Shown: piece by piece, positions 34,780-45,334 of the stretch
How positions within the stretch are numbered: position 1 is the first letter of the stretch
Layout: every line of letters begins with the position of its first letter
Origin: a virus
Taxonomy: Duplodnaviria; Caudoviricetes
DNA: 55,298 bases
IMG/VR virus record: IMGVR_UViG_3300030107_001856
Span: 1-55,298 of that record
Reading direction: 5' to 3' (one strand)
Notes under the pieces: model-generated
Told to the model about the DNA's origin: nothing
The model's input: the letters and a program-made list of their open reading frames with translations, nothing else
Databases searched by the model: none
Program-made: the position numbers and the translations under genes

Positions 34780-37412
34780 TGGCAGGATACACTAGACAAT
34801 CAGCAGCTCAAATTGTTAGTGGTGAGGTTATATCAGCAGCACCACTTAACGCAGAACTAAACCAAGTATTAGCAGCATTTAATAATTCTACAGGCCACTC
34901 GCATGATGGCACAGCAGCAGAAGGCCCACCCATAGATCGTATAGCAGATGCAGACCAGAAGAATGCTGTATTAATAGATACCTCTAACGATCATATTGAG
35001 TTTTACATAGAAGATAGTGGTACTGCTACGCAACAAGTTCATATTGCAGATGGTGCTATACTTCCTACAAATAATAATGATATTGATCTAGGTAGTACAT
35101 CATTAAAGTTTAAAGACATACACTCATCAGGTACAACTAGAATGGAAAATGCTACTGTTGCTGGTACATTAACTGCTACAGGTGCATTTACAGGGTCTAG
35201 TACATTACAAGGAACTACAATAACTGCCACAACTGCATTTGTACCTGATGCATCTGACGGTGCTTCTTTAGGCACTACATCATTAGAGTTTAGTGATCTG
35301 TTCCTTGCTGATGGTGCAGTAATTAATTTAGGTGATGATCAAGACGTTACACTAACTCACGTAGAAAATACAGGTGTTTTACTAAATAGTACTAATCAAC
35401 TACAATTTGGAGATAGCGGTACTTACATACATCAATCTGCTGATGGTGTATTGGACTTAGTAGCAGATACTGAAATAGAAATAAATGCAACAACTGTAGA
35501 TGTAAATGGTGCGGTAGAAATTAGCGGTAACGCAACTGTAGGTGGAACACTTACTTCTACTGGTAAAATTACTGCTGATGCTGGTATTGATATAGATAAC
35601 TTTAACATTGATGGTACAACTATAGCATTATCTTCTGGTGATATGACTGTAGATGCTGCTGGAGATATTATATTAGATGCAGATGGTGCTGATGTATTAC
35701 TAAAAGATGATGGCACACAGTATGGTGCATTAACAAACAACTCAGGTAACTTAATAATTAAATCTGGTTCTACTACCGCTGCTACATTTACTGGAGCTAA
35801 CACTGCATTAGCTGGAACTCTCAGTGCTACTGCAATTAGTGTAGGTGATGGTAACATAACTAACGTAGGTGATATTGCTGTTGACTCTATCTCTGCTGAT
35901 GATACAGATATTAATGTAGCTGTAACAGATAACTCAGCTACTGCATTTACAATTAAACAGGGATCAGATGCTTATCTTATTGTTGATACAGCTAATAGCA
36001 GTGAGTCCGTATCTATCGGTACTGGCGTATCTGGTACTGCTGTAACAATAGGACACGGTACATCTGAAGTAACTATAGGCGATAACTTAACTGTTACAGG
36101 TAATCTTACAGTTAGTGGAACACAGACAGTCGTAGATACTGTTACGATGAATGCTCAAAATGCTGTAGTGTTTGAAGGTTCTACTGCTGATGAGAATGAA
36201 ACTACACTTACCATAATAGATCCTACTGCTGATCGTACAATTAATCTACCTAACCAATCTGGTACAATTCCAGTACTAGCTGCTGTAAGTACAACACAGA
36301 TTACATCTACACCAGAAGAACTAAACATATTAGATGGTGTTACATCAGATGCTTCTGAGTTAAACATACTTGACGGAGCTACAGTTACTGCTACTGAACT
36401 AAACATTATGGATGGTGATACAACAGCTTCAAGTACTACAATAGCAGATGCAGACAGAGTAGTTGTCAATGATGCTGGAACTATGAAGCAAGTTGCAGTT
36501 ACAGACTTAGCTGCATACTTTGATGATGAAATAACTGCAATGCCTAATTTAGTTTCTACTGGTGCATTAGATAGTGGTAGTATAAGCTCTGGATTTGGTG
36601 CAATAGATAATGGCTCATCTAATATCACAACAACAGGCACAGTATCCTTTGGATCACTTACTGATGGTTCTGTAACAATTACAGACATAGCTGATGAAGA
36701 TGACTTTAGTAGTAATAGTGCAACCAAACTAGCTACACAACAAAGCATCAAAGCATATGTAGAAGCTAACAGAGATGTTCAAGGTGTTACTGCTACAGGT
36801 ACAGAAATAAATACAAGCTCTGATGGTGATACTTCAGTAGGCACTACAGCAGTTGCAGGTAGTGATGGTATTGTCACTAACGATGCAGGTACAATGAGAC
36901 AAACATCTGTAGATACATTTGATACATATTTAGCAGCAACCACTAAAACACTTACAAACAAAACGCTTACTGCACCTAAGATAGTTGATGGTGGTTTTAT
37001 TGCTGATGCAAACGGTAATGAAGGTATAGTATTACAGACAGCTAGTTCTGCCGTAAATGCTGTAGAGATAACTAATGCAGCATCAGGTGGATCTGTAGTT
37101 GTTGGAGCTATGGGAGATGATTCTAACATCGACATAGACATTACACCTAAAGGTACTGGTGAAGTAAATATAGCAGCAGGTAATTTAAACTATGGTGGAA
37201 CAGCAGTTACATCTACTGGTGCAGAGATAAATAAACTAGCTGGATACAATGGGTCTGTAACTGAATTGAACTATCTTAAATCATTATATGATACTGATGT
37301 TACCAGTACAGAATATGATTACTTGAGCGGTGTATCAAGTAACATACAAACACAATTAAATTCTAGAGCATCGACAGGTAAGGCTATTGCAATGGCAATG
37401 GTATTTGGCTAA
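34779..37412 (+). CDS. Tail fibre protein
   Basis: N-terminal MAGYTRQS...GHSHDG anchor, G/T/D-rich beta repeats, ELNILDG repeats, C-terminal GKAIAMAMVFG. Confidence 0.8.
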   Translation: MAGYTRQSAAQIVSGEVISAAPLNAELNQVLAAFNNSTGHSHDGTAAEGPPIDRIADADQKNAVLIDTSNDHIEFYIEDSGTATQQVHIADGAILPTNNNDIDLGSTSLKFKDIHSSGTTRMENATVAGTLTATGAFTGSSTLQGTTITATTAFVPDASDGASLGTTSLEFSDLFLADGAVINLGDDQDVTLTHVENTGVLLNSTNQLQFGDSGTYIHQSADGVLDLVADTEIEINATTVDVNGAVEISGNATVGGTLTSTGKITADAGIDIDNFNIDGTTIALSSGDMTVDAAGDIILDADGADVLLKDDGTQYGALTNNSGNLIIKSGSTTAATFTGANTALAGTLSATAISVGDGNITNVGDIAVDSISADDTDINVAVTDNSATAFTIKQGSDAYLIVDTANSSESVSIGTGVSGTAVTIGHGTSEVTIGDNLTVTGNLTVSGTQTVVDTVTMNAQNAVVFEGSTADENETTLTIIDPTADRTINLPNQSGTIPVLAAVSTTQITSTPEELNILDGVTSDASELNILDGATVTATELNIMDGDTTASSTTIADADRVVVNDAGTMKQVAVTDLAAYFDDEITAMPNLVSTGALDSGSISSGFGAIDNGSSNITTTGTVSFGSLTDGSVTITDIADEDDFSSNSATKLATQQSIKAYVEANRDVQGVTATGTEINTSSDGDTSVGTTAVAGSDGIVTNDAGTMRQTSVDTFDTYLAATTKTLTNKTLTAPKIVDGGFIADANGNEGIVLQTASSAVNAVEITNAASGGSVVVGAMGDDSNIDIDITPKGTGEVNIAAGNLNYGGTAVTSTGAEINKLAGYNGSVTELNYLKSLYDTDVTSTEYDYLSGVSSNIQTQLNSRASTGKAIAMAMVFG

Positions 37413-37425
37413 AAGGAGATAAAAT

Positions 37426-37800
37426 ATGGCAGCACCTAATATTGTCAATGTAGCAACCATTACTGCAAAGACAGCAACCGCATTATTAACAGGAACTTCA
37501 GCAGTCAATGCTGTAAATAATCCTGCATCATCTGGTAAGGTAATGAAAATAAACAGCCTCATTATATCTAACGTAGATGGTACAAACGCAGCTACGGTAA
37601 CTGTAGCAATATATCCAAATGATGATTTAGCAGGAACAGCAGTAGTTATTGCTTCTACTATAGCAGTACCAGCAGATTCATTCGTAGTTATTATAGATAA
37701 AGATCAGGGATTATACTTAGAAGAAGATAAGTCTCTTGGTGTTACTGCAAGTGCAGCTAACGATTTAACATACACAGTTACATACGAAGAACTTTCATAG
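37426..37800 (+). CDS. Tail-fibre-associated protein
   Basis: MAAPNIVNV...SNVDG...IAVPADS...YLEED...YEELS; typically follows AIAMAxVFG-ending fibres. Confidence 0.7.
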   Translation: MAAPNIVNVATITAKTATALLTGTSAVNAVNNPASSGKVMKINSLIISNVDGTNAATVTVAIYPNDDLAGTAVVIASTIAVPADSFVVIIDKDQGLYLEEDKSLGVTASAANDLTYTVTYEELS

Positions 37801-37808
37801 GAACTTAA

Positions 37809-40388
37809 ATGAGATCTGTAGGTGACATAGCTTTAGATGCTGAAGTACGAGCTATTGCTAGTGGTGCAATAACAGATGGTGCGCCAGTTGTTGTAAACTC
37901 TGCTGGTACTGTTAGCGGTATTAGCGGAAGTGCAGCATCAACAGGCACTGCTGTTGTATTTGCAACTGCTAGTACAGGAGCAGCAAGTGCTGCTTTTGAT
38001 AGCAGTAGTAATAAAGTTGTTATAGTTTTTACAGACTCTGGTAATAGTAATTATGGTACAGCAATTGTAGGTGATGTTTCTGGTACATCAATTTCTTTTG
38101 GCTCAGAAGTAGTTTATGAAAGTGGTAATCATTTTTATGAGGATGTTACATTTGATAGTAATAGTAATAGAATTGTAATTGCTTACGCTGACGGAAGTAA
38201 CTCAAATTATGGTACTGCTGTAGTAGGAACGGTTAGTGGGACATCTATCTCTTTTGGAACACCAGTAGTTTTTGAAAGTGCGTATCCAGAAGAAAGTCAA
38301 ATTACTTTTGATAGCAATTCTAATAAAGTTGTAATTGCTTATAGTGATCAGGGAAATAGCGCACACGGTACAGCAATTGTTGGCACTGTTGATCCATCAG
38401 ATAATAGTATTTCTTTTGGTACGGCTGTTGTATTTGAAGCTGCCGATTCAAGAAATTGTGGAATAACTTTTGACAGTAATAGTAACAAAGTAGTTATAGC
38501 ATATAGAGATGCAGGTAATTCTAGCTATGGTACTGCTATCGTAGGAACAGTCAGTGGAACAAGTATCTCATTTGGAACACCTGCTGTTTATGGATCTTAT
38601 ACAGCCCAACACAATAGACCACGTTTTAATAGCAATGATAATACAATAGTTATATCTCATACTAATGCTACAGCTTCAACAGGTTCAGTAATTGTAGGGT
38701 CAGTTAGTGGAACAAGCATTGGTAGCTTTGGAACCGCTGCTAGTTATGAAACTTCAACTCCTAGTGATCCAAGAGCAACTTTTGATACTAGTCGCAATCA
38801 AATAGTTATCGCTTATAGAGATCAAGATGATACAAAAGGTAAATTTATAGTAGGAACTGTAAGCGGTAATTCAGTTACTTTAGCAGACGCTATTATTTAT
38901 GAAGCTGGTGCGCCAAATACTCCTGGAATAACATTTGACAGTAACAGTAATAAGGTAGTTGTAGGATACGCAGATGGTGGAGATAGTAATAAAGGTAAGG
39001 CTGTTGTATTTAATGGAAGTGATTTAAACCTAACCTCAGAAAACTTCATAGGCTTTGCAAACGCAGCATATGCTGATGGACAAAAAGCTACTGTAAAAAC
39101 TACTGGATCGATTGCTAGGAATATACCGCAACAGGCATCTGCTTCTGACGCATTTGGAGATGAAACTGTATTTGAAAGTGCAGATTCTACTTGGATTGCA
39201 AGTACCTTTGATTCTAACAGCAATAAAGTAGTTATAGGATATAGAGATGTTGGAAACTCAAACTATGGTACAGCTATAGTAGCTACTGTAAGTGGTTCAT
39301 CTATAAGTTATGGAACTCCTGTTGTATATAATAGTGCAACAACTACAGAAAATGTACTTACTTTTGATAGTAATAATAATAAAGTTGTAATTGCATATAA
39401 TAATGGTGGTGATTCAGGTCATGGATATGCAATAGTTGGTACGGTATCTGGTACTAGTATTAGTTTTGGTTCTGCTACTGAGTTTGAAAATGCCACTATA
39501 GCCAATCATTCAATTACATTTGATAGTAATGTAAATAGAGTTGTAATATCATTTAAAGATGAAGGAAATAGTAACTATGCTACAGCTATAGTAGGGGCAG
39601 TAAGTGGCACATCTATATCATTTGGTTCTCCTGTTGTATATGAAAGTGCTAATCCAGAGGAACAAGCAATAACATTTGATTCTAATAGTAACAAAGTAGT
39701 TATTGCGTATAGAGATCATGGAAATTCTCAACATGGCACTGCTATTGTTGGCACTGTAGATTCATCAGACAACAGTATTAGTTTTGGTTCAGCAGCGGTA
39801 TTTAATGCAGCACAAACTAAAGTAGGTGGTATTACTTTTGATTCTAATAGTAACAAGGTAGTTATTGTATATAGCGATCTAGGAAATGGTCAAAAAGGTA
39901 CTGCTATTGTAGGTACAGTTTCTGGTACTAGCATTAGTTTTGGTAGTGAATCTGTATTTAAAGATGCTCAAATTGAGATAGAAAGCAGAACTCATGCTAC
40001 CTTTAATAGCGGAATTAATAAAGTAATAATCACTTATATGAGAATTAGTGACGATGGTGCATATTATGCAGGAACAGTGGTAACAGGCACAGTATCAGGT
40101 ACAGATATAACTTTTGAAACACCTGTTGTATTTAATGCTGCAACTTCTTCATATTCAACTCCTATTTATGACAGTAGTAATAATAGAACAGTTATAACGT
40201 ATAGAGATGTTGGAAATAGTAACTACGGCACTGCAATAGTTTTAGTTAATGCTGGAACACCAGAAGACCTTACAATAGGACAACAATATTTCGTACAAAC
40301 AGATGGAACATTAGGTACTAGTGCTGATGATCCATCGGTAATCGCAGGAACTGCAATAGGCACTAGTGATATAATTGTGAAAGGATAA
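37809..40388 (+). CDS. Receptor-binding/virion surface protein A with two 7-blade propellers
   Basis: 14 repeats of FDSNSNKVVIAYxDxGNSxYGTAIVGTVSGTSISFGxxVVF; ends IVKG. Confidence 0.8.
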   Translation: MRSVGDIALDAEVRAIASGAITDGAPVVVNSAGTVSGISGSAASTGTAVVFATASTGAASAAFDSSSNKVVIVFTDSGNSNYGTAIVGDVSGTSISFGSEVVYESGNHFYEDVTFDSNSNRIVIAYADGSNSNYGTAVVGTVSGTSISFGTPVVFESAYPEESQITFDSNSNKVVIAYSDQGNSAHGTAIVGTVDPSDNSISFGTAVVFEAADSRNCGITFDSNSNKVVIAYRDAGNSSYGTAIVGTVSGTSISFGTPAVYGSYTAQHNRPRFNSNDNTIVISHTNATASTGSVIVGSVSGTSIGSFGTAASYETSTPSDPRATFDTSRNQIVIAYRDQDDTKGKFIVGTVSGNSVTLADAIIYEAGAPNTPGITFDSNSNKVVVGYADGGDSNKGKAVVFNGSDLNLTSENFIGFANAAYADGQKATVKTTGSIARNIPQQASASDAFGDETVFESADSTWIASTFDSNSNKVVIGYRDVGNSNYGTAIVATVSGSSISYGTPVVYNSATTTENVLTFDSNNNKVVIAYNNGGDSGHGYAIVGTVSGTSISFGSATEFENATIANHSITFDSNVNRVVISFKDEGNSNYATAIVGAVSGTSISFGSPVVYESANPEEQAITFDSNSNKVVIAYRDHGNSQHGTAIVGTVDSSDNSISFGSAAVFNAAQTKVGGITFDSNSNKVVIVYSDLGNGQKGTAIVGTVSGTSISFGSESVFKDAQIEIESRTHATFNSGINKVIITYMRISDDGAYYAGTVVTGTVSGTDITFETPVVFNAATSSYSTPIYDSSNNRTVITYRDVGNSNYGTAIVLVNAGTPEDLTIGQQYFVQTDGTLGTSADDPSVIAGTAIGTSDIIVKG

Positions 40389-40394
40389 ACACAC

Positions 40395-40652
40395 ATGGCT
40401 AAGACAATCGTAGAGAATGAAACTAAACTAAGTAAATATGTATTCGCTGATGATAAACCAGTGACTATGGGATCTGACATGATCACTGTTGGTAGTGATC
40501 CAGTAGATTTCTATATCGCTGATCTCAACAGTAGCAATGCAACAATGCACGAAGATGTAACTGCACCTGATGGTTGGTCAGGCAATAAGCATTTCTTTGA
40601 TGGAACCAATTGGACTAACAATTCCGATTGGGTAGATCCTAACGCAGAATAA
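40395..40652 (+). CDS. Small fibre-associated protein/chaperone
   Basis: DLNSSNAT.HEDVTAP..W.GNK..FDG..W...W. Confidence 0.7.
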   Translation: MAKTIVENETKLSKYVFADDKPVTMGSDMITVGSDPVDFYIADLNSSNATMHEDVTAPDGWSGNKHFFDGTNWTNNSDWVDPNAE

Positions 40653-40660
40653 GGATTACT

Positions 40661-43315
40661 ATGCGTATCATTGGTAATAATCCACAATTATCTAGGCAGA
40701 CACAAGCAACAGCCTCTGGTGCTATTACTGGAGGTAAGCCTGTAGTTGTGAATACTACTGGTACTGTTACGCAAATTAGTGAAACTACAGAAGCATTAGG
40801 TACTGCTGTAGTTTATGAGTCTGCAAATGCTCAATATGGTTCATCTACATTTGATAGTAACAGTAACAGAGTAGTTACAGTTTATATGGATGACGCTAAC
40901 AGCGATTATGGTACGGCTGTTGTTGGTGCAGTAGATGCATCTGATAACAGTATTTCTTATGGAACACCTGTTGTATTTGTAAGTGGAAGTACTGGAACTA
41001 CTGTTATTAAAGCTACATTTGATAGCAATAGCAATAAAGTAGTTATAGTGTGGTCTGACAGTAGCGACAGTGTTAAAGGAAAAGCGATAGTTGGAACAGT
41101 AGATCCATCTGATAACTCAATTAGTTTTGGTTCTGCAACTACATTTGAAGCTGGTGGTACTTATGAGCCTAATGTTACATTTGATAGTAGTAATAATAAA
41201 GTTGTTATTATTTATAAAGATGCTGGTAACAGTTATTATTTTACCTCCATCGTAGGAACTGTATCAGGTACTTCTATCTCTTTTGGAACTGCTGTAGTAA
41301 TCGTAAGCGCAAATTATAGTTACTTTGCTATTACTTTTGACAGTTCAAATAATAAAGTTGTTGCTGCGTTAAGAGGTGCTAGTAATCATGGTCAGTCTTA
41401 TGTAGGTACTGTAAGTGGAACAGGTATTAGTTGGGGTACTGTAGCTACGTTTCACGAAGTAGCCCCTGCTCATGTTAGCGCAACATTTGATAGTAACTCT
41501 AACAAAACTGTATTTACATATAGGGAAAATATTACGGATGATGGATTTGCAGTTGTAGGCACAGTATCTGGCACAGATATAACTTTTGGAACGCCTGTAG
41601 AGTTTGAAAATGCTGACGTATCTTATACTTCTGCAAGTTTTAATAGTAATGTTAATAAAATTATTCTTGCCTATAGAGATGAGGGAAACTCCAACTATGG
41701 TACATATCTTATAGGAACTGTAAGCGGAACAAGTATTAGTTTTGGATCAGCTGCTGTATTTGAAACTGCCGATTCAGAATATAACTCTGTTGTATTTGAT
41801 AGTAGTACAAATAGATCAGTTATAACTTATAGAGATGGTGGTAACAGCAATTATGGTACTGCAATAGTTTTAAGACCTGCTGTAGCAACAAACATAACAT
41901 CAGAAAACTTCATAGGCTTTGCACAAGATACAGTAGCAACTGGGCAACCTGTTACGATCAATACTAAAGGTGCTATTGTTGATAATATACCACCCACAGC
42001 AGTAGCTGTTCCTACACCTACAAACAGAACAATTATAGAAGAGGTTTCTTCAAATTATCTTTTTAGATCAACAACAATCTCTCTTGGATCAGGAAAATTT
42101 GTAATATTATATACTATATATTTAGGTTCTGGAGAACCTGTAGTGTATTATAAAGTAGGCACTATTGATCAAGCTACCAATACTGTTTCCTATAGCGATA
42201 GAACTTCTACTAACGCTTTTACTGCATATAGTCTATCTGGGATATTAGATACAAATGCTAATAGAATTGTTGTAGCATATGAAAATGCAACAGATGGTAA
42301 AGGTTACGCAGCAGTAGGTACTGTTTCAGGAAACACTATTTCTTTTGGAACTCCTGTTGTTTTTGAAGACGCTGTGGCAAAAGAGATAAATCTTACTTTT
42401 GACTCTACTGCTAATAAAGTAATTATTTCATGGAGAGATCAAAATAATAGCCAGTATGGCACTGCTATTGTAGCAACTGTAGACAATTCTGATAATAGTA
42501 TTTCTTTTGGAACTGCTGTAGTTTATGAAAGTGCCTATACTATTACTTTTCCACCAAATGCTATAACTTATGACAGTAATAGTAACAGAGTTGTTATTGT
42601 ATATAGAGATGTTGGAGACAGTAATAAAGGTAAGGCTATTGTAGGAACTGTATCAGGTACGTCTATTTCTTTTGGAACTGCGGTAGATGTAGATACTGGC
42701 AACCCTACTGATTACCTTACAGCAGTTTTTAATCCCGATGTAAATAAAGTTCTTATTACTTATGATGCAAGTGACAAAAAAGGAAAAAGTAAGATTGGTA
42801 CTGTATCAGGCACAAGCATTAGTCTTACAGGTGTTACTATTTTTAATAATGATACAAACAATGATGGTACTATTTATCAATCTAGTTGTTATGATACAAC
42901 CTCAAATACTCATTTAATAGTTTATAGAGACAATACATTAAGCGGTGACAGTACTAACCATGTATACGGAATAATTGGTACTATGAATGGAGATGGATCT
43001 GCTATCAGTTATGGTACTGAGTTTGCAATCGATCTTAATGCGGTTATTAATCCAGGAGGTAATCAGGATGGTAATGGTTGGAAAACACAATGTATTTATG
43101 ACAGCACAACGGAAAGATTTATAGTTACTTATGATTTTGATGTCTTAAAAAAACTTGCAACTTCTATGGTTATTCCAATAGGAGGAGGACTTAGTATGAC
43201 ACCAGCCCAAACATATTATGTACAGACAGATGGTACATTAAGTCAGACAGCAGATGATCCATCAGTAACAGCAGGAACAGCAGTAGCTGGTTCTACATTG
43301 ATTGTGAAAGGGTAA
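40661..43315 (+). CDS. Receptor-binding/virion surface protein B with two 7-blade propellers
   Basis: Paralog of A; 7 conserved plus 7 more divergent blades; ends IVKG. Confidence 0.8.
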   Translation: MRIIGNNPQLSRQTQATASGAITGGKPVVVNTTGTVTQISETTEALGTAVVYESANAQYGSSTFDSNSNRVVTVYMDDANSDYGTAVVGAVDASDNSISYGTPVVFVSGSTGTTVIKATFDSNSNKVVIVWSDSSDSVKGKAIVGTVDPSDNSISFGSATTFEAGGTYEPNVTFDSSNNKVVIIYKDAGNSYYFTSIVGTVSGTSISFGTAVVIVSANYSYFAITFDSSNNKVVAALRGASNHGQSYVGTVSGTGISWGTVATFHEVAPAHVSATFDSNSNKTVFTYRENITDDGFAVVGTVSGTDITFGTPVEFENADVSYTSASFNSNVNKIILAYRDEGNSNYGTYLIGTVSGTSISFGSAAVFETADSEYNSVVFDSSTNRSVITYRDGGNSNYGTAIVLRPAVATNITSENFIGFAQDTVATGQPVTINTKGAIVDNIPPTAVAVPTPTNRTIIEEVSSNYLFRSTTISLGSGKFVILYTIYLGSGEPVVYYKVGTIDQATNTVSYSDRTSTNAFTAYSLSGILDTNANRIVVAYENATDGKGYAAVGTVSGNTISFGTPVVFEDAVAKEINLTFDSTANKVIISWRDQNNSQYGTAIVATVDNSDNSISFGTAVVYESAYTITFPPNAITYDSNSNRVVIVYRDVGDSNKGKAIVGTVSGTSISFGTAVDVDTGNPTDYLTAVFNPDVNKVLITYDASDKKGKSKIGTVSGTSISLTGVTIFNNDTNNDGTIYQSSCYDTTSNTHLIVYRDNTLSGDSTNHVYGIIGTMNGDGSAISYGTEFAIDLNAVINPGGNQDGNGWKTQCIYDSTTERFIVTYDFDVLKKLATSMVIPIGGGLSMTPAQTYYVQTDGTLSQTADDPSVTAGTAVAGSTLIVKG

Positions 43316-43320
43316 CAGAT

Positions 43321-45087
43321 ATGTCTGGTAGATATAAAGCTGTTCCAACTGGCACAATAGCAAATGGTAAACCTGTATTAGTTAATAGTGCTGGTACTGT
43401 TACGCAAGTTGCACAAACTTCTATATCACAACAGTTTGGTTCAGATGTTCTTTTTAATAGCAGCAATGAATCTTCATATATAACAAATGTATATGACAGT
43501 AGTAATAATAAAGTTGTTACTCTTTATGTAAACCAAGATGGATCAAATGATGGTACAGCTAACGTAGGAACAATAGATACTAGTGACAATAGTATTAGTT
43601 ATGGTTCAGCAGGTGAATATACAACCAATTTTGGTTTCTATAATAGTAGTACATTTGATAGTAATAGTAATAAAGTTGTTCAAGTTTATGCTGATAACGG
43701 TAACTCTAATTATGGTACGGCTGCTGTTGGCACAGTTAGCGGAACAGATATAACTTTTGGTACTCCTGTAGTGTTTGAAAGTGCAGCAATAGGGCATCAT
43801 ACTGCTACAACTTTTGACACCGATAGTAATAAAGTTGTTATTGCATTTAAAGGGACTTCAAATTATGGAAGAGCTATCGTAGGTACAGTTTCTGGAACAG
43901 GTATAAGTTTTGGTTCTGTTGCTAATTTTAACGCAAGTAATACAAACTGGATAGCTTCTACTTTTGATAGCAATAGTAACAAAGTTGTTATTAGTTATAG
44001 AGATGATGGAAACTCTAACTACGGTACAGCTATTGTAGGCACAGTTTCAAGTACTAGTATAAGTTTTGGATCAGAAGTTGTATATAATAGTGCTACTACA
44101 GAAAAACAAGGTGCTGCTTTTGATAGTAATAGTAATAAAGTTGTACTTTTTTATCAGGATCAAGGTAATTCAAATAAAGGCACTGCTATCGTAGGTACGG
44201 TTTCTGGAACAAGTATAAGTTTTGGATCAGAAGCTGTATTTGAAGAAGGTGATACAGAAGAAATTGCAGCAGTTTTTGATACTAGTATCAATAAAATCGT
44301 TGTTGCTTATATAGATAAAGGTGACAGTAATGCAGGTAAAGTAAATGTAGGAACTGTTAGTGGTACGTCTATAAGTTTTGGAACAGCTATTACTTTTGAA
44401 TCTGGATCTACAAGTAATAGTGCTAGAGGAATAGCTTTAGCATATGATGTTAATGCTAACAGAAGTGTAGTTAGTTGGATGGATGGGGGAAACTCTAATC
44501 GAGGAACAACAGCAGTTTATCTAGCACCAAGCACCTCAACTAATTTAACAGCATCTACATCAGAAGGTTATATAGGATTATCTAATGCCTGTTCATTTCA
44601 TGGTGCTACAGAAACATATACAGTAACAGTAGCCTCTGGTGTATTCTACTTAAATGGTTTAGCAAATCCACCAATACAATTACTAAGAGGCCATACATAC
44701 ATATTTGATCAAGCTGATGGTACTAATGATGGTCATCCATTTCATTTTAAAGATACAGGAGGAAGTCAATATACTAGTGGCGTAACTGTTACAGGTACAG
44801 CAGGAACTTCAGGTGCTAAAGTAACTATTGTCGTACCTATAGATGCAACAGAGCCAAGTCAGTATTATTGTACTGTACACGGTAATGGTATGGGTAATGT
44901 AATTACCATAGAAGAAAGTTTTGCAGAGATAGATGTAGTAGGCACAGTAAACAAACATCAATCAGGTCTAACGGCAGGTCAGACATATTATGTACAGACT
45001 GATGGCACATTAGGAACGAGTGCAGATAGTCCTAGTGTAGTAGCTGGTACGGCAATATCTGCAACAGAAATTATAGTAAAAGGATAG
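43321..45087 (+). CDS. Receptor-binding/virion surface protein C with one propeller and a cupredoxin-like domain
   Basis: 7 blades, then TYIFDQ...GHPFHF...YYCTVHGNGMG; ends IVKG. Confidence 0.8.
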   Translation: MSGRYKAVPTGTIANGKPVLVNSAGTVTQVAQTSISQQFGSDVLFNSSNESSYITNVYDSSNNKVVTLYVNQDGSNDGTANVGTIDTSDNSISYGSAGEYTTNFGFYNSSTFDSNSNKVVQVYADNGNSNYGTAAVGTVSGTDITFGTPVVFESAAIGHHTATTFDTDSNKVVIAFKGTSNYGRAIVGTVSGTGISFGSVANFNASNTNWIASTFDSNSNKVVISYRDDGNSNYGTAIVGTVSSTSISFGSEVVYNSATTEKQGAAFDSNSNKVVLFYQDQGNSNKGTAIVGTVSGTSISFGSEAVFEEGDTEEIAAVFDTSINKIVVAYIDKGDSNAGKVNVGTVSGTSISFGTAITFESGSTSNSARGIALAYDVNANRSVVSWMDGGNSNRGTTAVYLAPSTSTNLTASTSEGYIGLSNACSFHGATETYTVTVASGVFYLNGLANPPIQLLRGHTYIFDQADGTNDGHPFHFKDTGGSQYTSGVTVTGTAGTSGAKVTIVVPIDATEPSQYYCTVHGNGMGNVITIEESFAEIDVVGTVNKHQSGLTAGQTYYVQTDGTLGTSADSPSVVAGTAISATEIIVKG

Positions 45088-45093
45088 AGATTA

Positions 45094-45333
45094 ATGATGG
45101 AAGAAATATCGCCAGTAATTTTTTGGAACGTAGTATTAACGCTGGTGATTGCACCTGCTATATGGTGGTTCAGGAATCTTATGGGAGAAGTTAAACGCAT
45201 AGATATACTTCTAAACAGGACTAGAGAAGATTACTCTACTAAGCAAGAGCTACGAGAAGATATGCGTATGGTTACAGAAGCTCTCCATAGGTTAGAGGAT
45301 AAGTTAGATAAAGTATTAGAGAGAGGAAAGTAA
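45094..45333 (+). CDS. Small single-TM coiled-coil protein (holin/spanin-like)
   Basis: WNVVLTLVIAPAIWW TM; LLNRTREDY..K...LEDKLD. Confidence 0.7.
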   Translation: MMEEISPVIFWNVVLTLVIAPAIWWFRNLMGEVKRIDILLNRTREDYSTKQELREDMRMVTEALHRLEDKLDKVLERGK

Positions 45334-45334
45334 G

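Noticed and set aside
37809-45087. Diversity-generating retroelement acting on the repeated fibre genes
   Set aside because: No reverse transcriptase ORF and no non-coding template repeat differing only at adenines; the repeats are coding paralogous blades
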